The notes under the pieces: generated by a model
The model's database searches: none
Seen by the model: only the letters and a program-made list of their open reading frames with translations
What the model was told of the DNA's origin: nothing
Shown here: positions 53,039-64,000 of the stretch, one piece after another
Layout: every line of letters begins with the position of its first letter
Numbering within the stretch: the first letter of the stretch is position 1
Program-made: the position numbers and the translations under genes
Assembly: GCA_010093705.1 (NCBI GenBank)
Contig: MU006090.1
Span: forward strand, 1,976,022 to 2,040,021
DNA: 64,000 nucleotides
Direction of reading: 5' to 3'
Source: Patellaria atrata CBS 101060
Taxonomy: Eukaryota

Positions 53039-54096
53039 TTACTCCATCACACCCCTCTTTCCATCATGATCCGTATCCTTCAACGGGTTCAATCTGTCCA
53101 ACATGCTAGGCTTCTTCGTCGTGCCGGTGGCGTCAGTGGTACCAGTAGTACCGGTTTTGCCATGACGCTTGCTCTTCCTGACTCCGGTACCATCATCAGA
53201 CGAGCTGCTAGAGCTCGAGGATCCGGATCTGTTCCTGGACTTCACGGCCCCAGCACCGGCGGCACCGGTACCTACAGCACCGATAGCAGCACTTGGACCG
53301 TTATGGTGATGACCATGGGTGCCGGTCGCGCTGGGTGCTCCGGATAACGCTTTTCCGATACCGCGTGGCTCTCCCTCGAATCCGTCATAGCGCTCCTCAC
53401 GGCCGTCGAGGACACCACCTGACTTCTTGTAGTCGGTCATGCTCACGGCTGGAAGGGCAGAGGTGGTGTGATGCTGAGCAGTGTTGACGTGAGTCTCGTG
53501 GATAGGGACGGTTGTGTGGACAACCTCGGGTTGAACGACCTCTGTGGGATATCATGTTAGCAGGAGAGGAAGGTGACGGTAAAATCTAGTGATGCTTACC
53601 CTTCTGGACAACAGGCTGGATAGTCTCATGGACATGATGATGAATGTGCTCGCCAGTAACAGTGGGAGCTGCACTCCTGCTCTCATGGGTATCACCGACA
53701 TGACGCTCGCTTCTGAACTGAGCAGCCTCCTGTTCCAACTTGGCGGCGATGTCTTTCTCGTTACCATGGCGGAACTCACGGTGCTCAACTGGAGCTAAAT
53801 TGTGGTGATGCTTTTCAGGAAGGACCTCACGGTCATGGACGGGCTGAACGGAAGTGTGATAGTGGTCTTGGTGGATTTCCTTGTCGACTGCAGTTTGGAT
53901 CTCCTCGTGTCTTGTAGGAGTGACGGTTTCCTTGACTACAGCTGGAGCCACCTTCTCGTGGACAGTTGTGTCATGTTTGCCAGACTTGGACCTGATTGCT
54001 TCGTTAGATGAGTGCATGTGAAAAGGGAATAGAGGAGAAACGGGAATGATGGAAGTCATACATGAAGTCGTGAACGGCTGCCTTGGCTTTCTCCAT
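53039..54096 (-). CDS. His/Val/Thr-rich hydrophilic fungal protein (family often annotated as 'allergen')
   Basis: Exons 54096-54062, 53991-53600 and 53541-53039 with canonical splice sites. Product MEKAKAAVHDFMSKSGKHDTTVHEKVAPAVVKETV...HHHVHETIQPVVQKEVVQP...KPSMLDRLNPLKDTDHDGKRGVME. Codon usage is strongly C-ending. Confidence 0.85.
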
Positions 54097-55781
54097 TGTT
54101 TATTGTTGATTATGCGTTTTGAGTTAAGGTATGTAAGAGTGTTTTATGAAATTGAATTGAGAAAGTTTTTGGTATGATTGATGAGTTGTTTGAAGTTTGA
54201 TGTAAGGTATTTTGCGAAAGGCAGAATAAGGGGAAAGGAACTAACTTCTATATAGTTTTTCGGGACTGTCACCGGTGCAAAGACTGGACGTAGCATGAAC
54301 GACGTAATGGCTTTGGACTGTTTGAAGTACCAGGTAGCAGGAAAGATGTATGGAAATAATAATGAACCCCAGTTATGAGAAGGAACTCTCCAGATCTGAC
54401 GATCATTTCTGGAACTAGCAAACAGATGGGGCCACAGTGGAGTGGACCAGACGCATCAGTAGCTTCCTTGATACTGACGGTACTAGCCACACTGTCCGTT
54501 GGTGGGAACCACAAAACTGATCGGATAGCAGCATCTGATTTGCCCAAACATGAAATGTCTCAAGTGCAATGGCGTCAGTGGTACTCTCAAATCTCACCAC
54601 CTCATCCCCCCCACAACAGCGTCAGATGCCGAAGTGGGAAGTGATGGTTGTAGCCGCGTGCATACCTTTCTTAGCATATCAATAAGGTAGGTAGTGATGA
54701 AATCGAATCACTAGCCTTACAACTATTAAGTAGCTTGATCCATATAGGTACAGTTGTGATTCCAGATGACAATGGAAGCAGGTTGCTGTCCGACATAGTG
54801 GAAAGTGCAATATATTCCATTCCATCTGTTGTTGACTTGGGGAGCAGAAAAGGGGCTAGAGCGGCGTTGATGTCTGAATGATCGACAACAAGTCTGCTTG
54901 TGCCCAGCGAATTTCTGCCCATGACCCAAGGGCCCCATGTGTAGATCGCCGTATGATTTTTTCGTCAACTTCTTTAACCGTGCCTTCATATTCCTTTTTC
55001 ACTACAAAATAAGTTTTATGTACTACTACTATGAGCGGATATTCTAATGATAAAAAACGACGAAGTAGCTGCCTGTTGGTTTTAATCGTGGGCAAAATGA
55101 GGGGTTTCATAGAATAGAACTCGTCATACTGTCCAAAGGTGGAACCACACGGAAGTTGTGAAAACTAAAAGTTAAAGCCAGTGGCGGTGTTAGAATCCTG
55201 TAATAGCTATTATTATTGTTTCCAATTCGGAAATGCCGTTCTGAATTGAGACAAACAAGGTGTGAAATCAAGGCATTTCAACGATTGTCCGGCGCCCACA
55301 CTAACAAGCTTCAGAAGAGGGAAGGGGGCAGGCGTAAACAACAATTGCCTACTACGTCGTGTACTTTTGAAATCCGCTAAGATAATTCTTTAGAATGGGA
55401 CAAAAGAAGTCGTAGATCTCCCAAGACAGAGGGAGAGATTCGCTAATCGTCTTGGGCATCCCCTCGTTTTCCAGATCTGACGAAACCGGGTCCAGAACGA
55501 TTAACGTCAACCGCTGCTAGCGAGGTTAGAACCAGAACCAGAAACTGGGCCATGACGAAAGTGTGGCTTTCCCCCTCTACAGATGTGGCACCATAGCTTC
55601 CGTGAGCTACGACGGGAGACATCTCCGTTTTGTGCTCCTTTACACTCTTACTAACCACACACATGATTACCTATACTCTAAAGTGAACGTTGAATTGTAG
55701 ACCTTTGAATTGCCTATTCGCCAAGTTCTTTGTGTTAGTCGTCATACTGAACTTGAAATCCTCACTCATATACCATCCGTT

Positions 55782-57404
55782 ATGCACGATAATAAGCTCA
55801 AACGAATCTTCACTCGCAAACATCGAAAGGGACACGGCGCAGATGGAGACTTTGCGGAACCATCAAGCCCCTCGTCTCCTGTTCCTTCATTCCCATACGA
55901 GAGTACGTCTCCTGGAAGGACGCCTCAGAAAGGTGAGTTACCTATACATGAGAGGAACTCACATAACAGACAACCGACTTCGTCTCAAGAAACAACGGCC
56001 CTCAACACCCTCCCAAATGCACCACCCATCCCAGATGGAGATGCTCATCCGGGTGGTCTTGCGTCTGCAGACCACGCTGTACGCTCATCTCCACTCCACG
56101 TCCCTACGGCAGAGCTCGAGCATCTCACGCTCGGTGGAGACGATCGCTTGATACCAGAGTCCAGCAGAGGGACTCACAGCGAGGATGTAGCGGACCGGAA
56201 TATCGGAGGTCAGGAACTAGTCCAATCGTCTCCAGCGAGAGGAGAGACAGAAGTTTCTGATGATACATTGAGTGCAAACACAAAACAACCGAACTATAGC
56301 CATTATATAGAACCCCGTATCGAGCCTACAGCGTTGAAAAAGAGGAATAATTCAGTGTCTAGGAAACCACTCCTGAGTGACTTTCCTGCTCCACCAGGCG
56401 GAGCGCACCAGCAGTCGCACAAGACGTCTATCATTACCCCAGATGTCGAGAAAACTAATACTATCGATACTGCAAATGTCTCGACTTTAGCGGGGAAGGA
56501 TATGCTGACCACTGAGGGTGAATCAGCCCGGGAGATTTCGCCAGAGCATACGTGGGACTCGCAAAAGCAATCTATACGATTGGTTGAGGAAAGTAAGGAC
56601 GACGGGGATGAAGTCATCCCAAGAACAAGCCTTACTCCTCCTGAGGCGGAAGGTCGTTCTCTGAAGAATGATACGTGGTTGCATCCATCAACTTCGGACG
56701 TCGTCGATCTCAGCAATACCAAAGACACAACCATTGTAGAAAAGATAGTACCAGGTAAGCTCTCCTCCTTTACTGCAAATGTCTAAAATGACTCTAATCA
56801 ACACCTTCTAGCCGTAACCCACGAGACTGTCCATCCACATATCCACCATATCCGTGAGGAATCCATCACTCGCGAAATCCACAACCATGACGTGTACCAC
56901 CGCATCCTCCCAGTCGTCGATGTGGAGGTTCTTCCCACCAAACACTATATCCGTTCTCCTGAGAACCCTACCGAGCTGATTCAGATCTCTGAGTCCCAGA
57001 TTCCGGGATACGATGAAAGGCACCCGTATAAGCAGAATTGGGTCATCGCGGAAACTCTTTCAAAGCCCGACGGCGCGCGCTCTGAACTGTATAACTATGG
57101 GACAGGTCGGGGCTTGCTCCCTAGAATGAACACGTTCAAGGCGGATGAAAAAAGGTATGTTGGTGAGGATGGTGTTAAAAGGACAAAGACGACGTGGATA
57201 CATCCACCGACTCTGGAAGATAATTCGAGGTATAAGGGCCCGCTGATGCATGTCCATTTCGATGAAGGTATTGTGACGTCGCAGATGGTATATGGGGGTA
57301 CGTCAAGTGTTGATGAGGAAGTCTCGGAAAAGAGCGGCACGAGAGATGAAGAGAGTATACCCCCTGACGAGCAAAGAAGGATACCGGGTACCTTTGTGCC
57401 ATAA
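55782..57404 (+). CDS. Hypothetical protein with a disordered N-terminus and a C-terminal His-rich domain related to the neighbouring gene
   Basis: Exons 55782-56754 and 56812-57404 (GTAAGC..CTAAT..TAG). The splice junction gives DTTIVEKIVP|AVTHETVHPHIHHIREESITREIHNHDVYHRILPVVDVEVLPTKH; WIHPPTLE occurs near the C-terminus. Confidence 0.82.
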
Positions 57405-59337
57405 TGGAAGTGGTCCCTTTCCTAAGCGTATATTTTATCTTCTCAGGTGAACATCTGTCTATTAGCAAGGCGCTCCGGGGTTCTCGATTCTTTATTAGTA
57501 ACAGCTATCCTGTGAGAACGGATCAATCTATTTTCTCAGTAATCATCAATATGGGGAACAGATTTACAATTGACGTTGAGAAAGCATTTACGCTACCAGT
57601 AACCTTAACCTTAATCTTAATCTTATGTTTGGATGAATCAGAATATGGCATCTCCAAGGTAAGGTCGCCTTTGCACAGTGCTCGTCCGCCTACTACCCTT
57701 TTGCTCCCTTCGTTCTTTACGAACGAGTGTTTTTCGGAGCTGCAATACCACCACAGTCCCGAAAACCCACTTGTCCCGAAAACCCACTTGGCAACCCAGA
57801 TATCCAGTCTCGGTCGGCCGAGTCAGCTTTTCTACAACACGCCTCGAGTTACTCGTTACCGCAAAAGTTCTTGTCGGTCCAAGGTCTGGGTTAAGCGGTC
57901 CGTCCATAAGGTATTGTCAAAGTAAATTTGGATGATGCCCAGGCGAAATTGAGAGCTTCAAGTAAATTGCCAGAAGAGATTTTACCTGCGTCTACTTATG
58001 TATAAGCAGCATCACCATGCTTCCTCGCTACATTTCTCCTCCGGTCTATTTCCTCGGTCTATATCCACGGGCCTCCTGAAGTAACCTTGACGTGCGCCAC
58101 TCGTCCTTTTGCTCCAACTATACGCTTTGCATGTCATCGGTTTTGTTGTTCGGTATTGAAATCAATCTTTCACCGCACCCCTCAGTCGCGCCCATAAGTT
58201 TTTTCTTTGTTTTTTTTTTTTGATACTCCTGTGACTCCGCCCCTTTCTGTCCCCATAAGCAAATCCTCAACCTTAGACTTTTGAACTTGGCGTTGACTTT
58301 GCATGTCTCCGATTTCCACGCCGCTTCCTGATTGTTATATCCTCTCCTTTAGGTATTGACTCAGAGCCGCATTCCTCTGACTCTTTCTTTTTTCTCGTCC
58401 GCATCGAAAACGGAGTCTGGGCGCTTCGCTCCTGATTGTGTAACAATTTCCGCTTGGCGGAGAACGTTGAAGAAGGCGGAACGGGTAGATTCCGCCAAGC
58501 TCACCAATCCTCTTTTTCCCGCCCTTGCCAACTTTTCCCTTCCGGGCCCGGACAAGGGGGTCATCGCATTCCTAACACAATCTCACAAATCCTTAAGCGC
58601 CCTAGGAATTAATGACAAAGCTACATCCATGTCCTCCAAACTTCCCTTTACGGCGGTGCGGCACTCGACAGCCGCCGTCATGGAGTCGCCTTATCCTTAT
58701 TCCCAGCGACCCCCTCCCTGTCATTTCCACTTGTCAAGGTTAGTCCTTGTTTCCAAGCCTCCGACGACTAACCGAAAATGCTGTGCGACCGATCCTCTCC
58801 GCAGTTTACGGATCTTCCAGGGTTACATACTGGTATCCACAGTGGTAGCCTAGAAGTAAGGTGTAAGCTAGCAGGGGGCTTACTGACTCAGGTTCGTCAG
58901 CCGATAGTAAGAACCTTGAGGTAACCTTAATGTGACTTTACCCTAACTTCCCATTCTTGTTTTGGCTGATCGATAAGATGATAAGGGATATTTGTGAGAT
59001 GATGTTAAAAGGTGCTTTTCATGTTGTGCATCTGGGTTCTAAGCATTCTGGTTAAAAATGCTGTATAGTGATTGCTTATAGGAACATACGGTCTGTTTGA
59101 TCCGTAATATTGAACTTTGCAGTCGCCGCCGGACTGAATCAAAGCACCAAACCGCATAACATACGAAGATACAAGATACACGTAGATTTTGTAGAAATAA
59201 CCATCTGTACATTCTATATTATATCGAAATTTACATTTCAATCCCATTACCCCTCTATTACCCCTACCCCAACCCTACCCATCCCTCAAAAGAAGAAGCA
59301 CCAAACACCGCCCATCCTTACAATAGAAAACTCTAAT

Positions 59338-62243
59338 CTAGATGTCTAACTCTTGACTGAGGTGAAGCTTCCTTGATGAAGCACCAACATACACCGTCTT
59401 CGGGTAATCAGTAATAACCCAGTTCTGCACGCTCGGATCCCAGTTGCTCAAATCCCGCCTCGTAACCTCAGCTGTGAAGGTCTTGCTCTCACCCGGCGCA
59501 ATGTTGTTCAACCTATCGAAGTTCCTGAGGACGACCTTGGGGTCAGTGGGACCGCCATGGTTGACATAGAGCTGGACGACCTCGTCAGCGGCAACGGAAC
59601 CGGTGTTGGTAATGGTCGCGGAGACAGTGAACATGACATCGTAGAGTTGCGGGTGGCCACCAGGTGCACCACCGGCTGGGTGGACAGGTTGAGGGGAGCC
59701 GTCGGTCGCGCCTTCGGGGATGAAGCTGTTGTCACCATAGTCGTCGTGGTCGTATGCCTCAGCCAAATCAGTGCTGTTGAGATATGGGTAGATGTACAGC
59801 GGAACCCTGTTAATATCGGACGGGAACTGGTAGTCAGCGGTATCTCTCGAGTAGTTTCCGCTAAGGACGGGGGCCTCGTTGGTCATTCCTGTGGTCGGGA
59901 CGTAGGGCTCGACTTCATGCTTCTCGACGCTGATGTCGGAGTACTCGAAGGTGGTGTAGGTCTTGCCGAAGCCGAATTCCCAGATGGGCTCGATGTCGGC
60001 GGCGTCGAAGTGGCGATAGTCGATGAATAGACCCTCCTCGAAGTCTTGTTGGGGAGCATCGAGGCCATTGTTATACTCGTAGATTACATCGGCGGAGTAG
60101 TCCTCGCGCCTGGCACCCCAGGTAAAAGGGAGCTTGCCACCGGGAACCACGCGGCCGTAGAGGATATCAGCGATGGAGCTACCTGATTCTTGACCCGGAA
60201 GGCCGGCCCAGACGATGGCGGTGACGTTGGGATTATCATACCACCTGGTAACATCGACGGCACCAACGGTGTGCATGACGACGATTGTATTATTGGAGAC
60301 AGAGGCAACGGTCTCAATAAGATCATCACCACCGTGCCAAAGGGTCAGGTTGTTTCGATCACCACGGTTGTCGTCAACAACGAGGTAGCCTTCACCACTG
60401 TCAGCATTAACGAAGACGATAGACTGGTCAGCTTGGGATGCCTGAAGAATGATCTCCGGATAAGCGTAGTTGTCTGTGACGGATGAGAGACAGCCATTAA
60501 CCTCAGCGATCTCCATCTGGATGGCGCTCATAGGTGAGATGAGGTAGGCAAAATCGGCAAATCCGGATCCCCAGCCGAGGGCAAGGGTACCCTCATTACA
60601 TCCGCCATCGTAGCAACCGTTGACACTATAAGGGGGGTCGATAGCATCCTTCCCAAATACGGAGGTGAAGCCAGCTTTGCTAAGGGGAAGACCTCCCTCA
60701 TTCTTGAGAAGGACGGCAGCTTTGTTGGCGGACTCGCGAATGTGCGTGCTGTGATCTCCGCGAACGTCAACGTGATGGTTGATTTGCTTATAACCGTGTC
60801 CTACAGCGGAGTGGAGGTAGCCATAAGTAGCCTTGTTGTACGAGTTCATGTTGGTCAAAGGCGGGTTTTGATCGCGACCGCCGAGGAAGTAAGCAGAGAG
60901 AAGACGGGTAGCCATGTCGTCGATACGCCATTCGGGAATGGTACCATTAAGAACAGCAATGGTCATGTTGGCACCCTTTTACTAGTCAATATACTGTGAA
61001 GTCCGGGACGATAAGATCATATCACTTACGTAGTAGGCTCGGCCAGCAAGGAAGCTAGTATCACCAGCCATGCTAACGTCCAGACCGGCTAGAGCGCTGC
61101 TAACACCGGAGTACTGGGCTTCCCACTCACTCAAGGCAAAGCCCTGGAAACCAAGTTCACCCTTAAGGAGATAGTTCAAGTTGTAGCTGTTCTGGCAAGT
61201 CTGACTGTTGTTAACGGCGTTATGGGAGCACATAACACCACCAACACCAGCGCGGACAGCGTCGGCGAAGGGCCAGAGGTAGACTTCGTGCATGCTGACA
61301 TCGTCAATGTTAGCACTGAGGGAGCCGGTGATGTTGCCCTCGAAGTAGGTGACATCCTCACGGACGGAACGGAAGTGCTCTTGCTCGTTTCCAAGGAAAT
61401 GCTTGGCTACAGGTACTACACCGGTTGTTCGGATTCCACGGATGTTTTGTGCAGCCTGAATACCCGAGAGCACGGGATCGGGACTTATACCTAACATCTA
61501 TTAGTAGGAGACTTTGATGTGAGTTTGAGATTGAAATACAAACCTTCCCAGGTACGACCACTAGCGGGTGCTCTTCCGAGAGGTGAAATAACTGGTCCAA
61601 GGAGGAAATCGACACCTTTTCCGTAATGCTCCTCACCGACCGCCACTCCACGTTCAAACCAGAGCTGTTTGTCCCAAGTTGCTGCCATTGTATTTGAACC
61701 CGGGAACGCCGAGGAGCGGTCACCTATGCGTTGTCAGTTCCCGCATGCTGTACAGTCAAATACGGCGCTACGTACCGCTTCGAACACCAGTCACAGCAAT
61801 CTGGAAGCACAAGTTGCGGATACCAAATCTTTCGATAGTTCCGGTGTTTCCGATGCAGTTATCACCCTGCCAGCTACTTCAATTAGTTTTCGAATTCGCA
61901 CATTCAATCAAATTGCTCACCCAACACCGGTAGTGATATTAACCTTCTCCAACAAGGTTAACTGGCTAACAATTTCCTGAGCTTTTGCGTATGCTTCAGC
62001 CCATTCTCCAGTACCCTGTGCCCAGGGAGCGGGATACTTGGGTGGTGAAGTTGAGCCCCAAAGAGGACTCTATTCAACGTATTAGTGATTTGCCCCTTTC
62101 TTGACGTATGAACCTGAGATGTGGTGGATATGGAAGCTCGTTAAGCTGGGAACCCCCTTAAGGGAGCAATAACTTACATGTTCATCCTGAGCGTAGGCTA
62201 AGCCCGCTGCGAGGAGCAACGCTGCAGAAACTTCGAGCTTCAT
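59338..62243 (-). CDS. Secreted glycoside hydrolase family 3 beta-glucosidase-like protein (BglA/Cel3 type) with atypical active site
   Basis: Exons 62243-62178, 62068-61921, 61873-61776, 61723-61544, 61490-61030 and 60975-59338. Signal peptide, [48 protein letters not shown] and an FnIII-like C-terminus. Confidence 0.93.
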
Positions 62244-64000
62244 GGCGATAAGAGAAAGAGAAGGACCGGAACCGTGAGACCGAAGACGAAGGCGAAGACG
62301 AAGATGAAGAATGAAAGACCCAGAACTCTATGAGATACTGAAACTCAGGACTAATTGAATGAGGGGACAATGATGAAAAAAGAATAGAACCTGTGAAGCA
62401 TTTAAAGAAGTCAATATATACCTAGAAGGCTGAGATGCCATGGACGGAACGTGAGTTCGTACAACCCACGGGCGGCCCAACGCATCCTTCGGGACTGCAG
62501 TTGTATCCGGAACAGTGGTGCTGAATCTCTTAGTGCTCGAATTGCGCGGTGTTGATTCTCGGTGTTGTACTGCTCAGAATAGACCCTCGCGGGGAAAGAA
62601 AGAATACTCGAGACAATTGGTAACCGTGCCTAGTCGCTAGTCCATGGGACGAGAGCCCTGGGCGTGCTCAGTATCATCCGTAAGAAAGGGAGTTTGCCGT
62701 CTATTCTTCTTTCGTTTAACATGCTCATATGCAGCCAAGATGATTATGAGGCACTGTTCCTGCCATTTGTTTAATCTCTTGAATGTAATTGATATCAAAA
62801 CTCGTAAAGCATGGACATTCTCACATGGCATTACTAGTGAGTGACTGGTAAGTGAAACAAAGATTTGCTGCATTAGCCTCTGTTGAGCAAGTTGAACAGA
62901 GGGATACTGGCTGGTACCTTACTGCTTGCTCAGCTAGGTGCCTTGGTAATGGTTGGTGGTTCTGCAATGAGAGCGTTTCTTCCATTCTTTTCCCCTGGCC
63001 AGCAGCCACGTGGAACCCGGTCGGTCTGTGGGGCCGTTATAGAATAAGTACGGACTAAAAAACCCGTTGATTTGGGAAGTGGTAGTAAAGTCGGCGCTTA
63101 TTAGTACCCTTTTCAGAGTAGTTTACGCTTAGTTTCTGCCTCCATTGTTAATTATACAGTACGATTGCCAACTTTAGGCACAGCGGGATATCATTACCAA
63201 AGTATATTACAATCTTCAAGTGTAAACTTAGCCATGTGTATGCATTGTTAAGGGATGGGCGACGGCATGAAGGAGGAAATATCAATAGGTACAGAGTCAC
63301 ATTTGTGTTTTAAACATACTTTAGAAGCTATTAATTGGTCGATTGTTGATGAAATGAATTGGCGCGGAGAGTTGGCTTTGAGAGAGGCGTTTAGAGGAGA
63401 GGGGGTTAACTGAGAGAGGCGGTTCTGCCTAGAAGCGGGATCGTATTTTGAGGCGGCGGAATGTCTCCCGGCGGGATGCTTGGTGCCAAGTTATCAAAAG
63501 GATTTGCCCTAAGGTCCCCCTTAGGTTAAAACTTTACCGCTTATGCAAGGCTGACTCGGCTGAAACGGATTTTTCGAACCGTCAAGAGCTGCACTGTCAT
63601 AAATTCTAGGCGCGGTGAACGCGCGAATATATATGGTAAAGCCCGCTTTCTATTACATTTGGTTGGCGTGGGAGGATGGAGTATTGTACCTTAGTCTTCA
63701 TGTACGAAAAGACGCTTGAACAATTATAGTAACCTGTAAGTTATACCGCCCATTAGCCATTATTGACTGTTCCTTCGAACGATCCTTACCGTAGTGACGA
63801 ATATTACACCTGTTGAAAATCCAGAGCAACGGGTCTCTCAAGTCTACAGGGCTGATTCTTTTCATCAGATACATTTCGCAATTGAAGCGCGAATTATTTC
63901 CTACAATTACCATATGCTCTACGTTTACACTTTACGACATGCTACAGCTACCTGCTACAGCTACTGAGCAATTGAGAGCACAACCTGCTCAACACCTCAC

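Noticed and set aside
61125..61130. GTGAGT donor-like hexamer at the GH3 SEW motif, suggesting the Asp-to-Glu change is a mis-splice
   Set aside because: The sequence downstream continues in frame with the conserved [14 protein letters not shown] segment, so it is exon.
1..64000. tRNA, rRNA, CRISPR arrays, prokaryotic defence systems or secondary-metabolite clusters
   Set aside because: None seen by eye. GTTCGA-like hits (e.g. near 39882) lack cloverleaf context, and there is no PKS/NRPS gene. A covariance-model scan would be needed to exclude small RNAs fully.

Overview
Eukaryotic, intron-containing DNA from a filamentous ascomycete (Pezizomycotina, plausibly Dothideomycetes), with one 660-nt assembly gap. 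Fourteen recognisable protein-coding genes were reconstructed by hand: a BED-like/Zn2Cys6 transcription factor, a partial CFEM protein, PRP46, ORC1, a bZIP factor, an Iec1-like C2H2 protein, a BIRC6-like E2 enzyme, CK2 beta, CWF19, GPN1/NPA3, a CSP-1/Nrg1-like repressor, two divergent His-rich paralogues and a GH3 beta-glucosidase-like gene. Two gene-poor stretches of about 10 kb lie upstream of transcription-factor genes. Four observations stand out. (1) A 551-codon orphan ORF fills the 1.9-kb first intron of the CK2 beta gene on the same strand. (2) An intronic box C/D snoRNA near 26.5 kb carries two guides, predicted to methylate 5.8S rRNA G75 and U2 snRNA A30. (3) The GH3 gene is intact but its catalytic nucleophile and two substrate-binding residues are substituted. 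(4) A head-to-head gene pair shares a His-rich domain. All calls come from reading the sequence; no searches were run.
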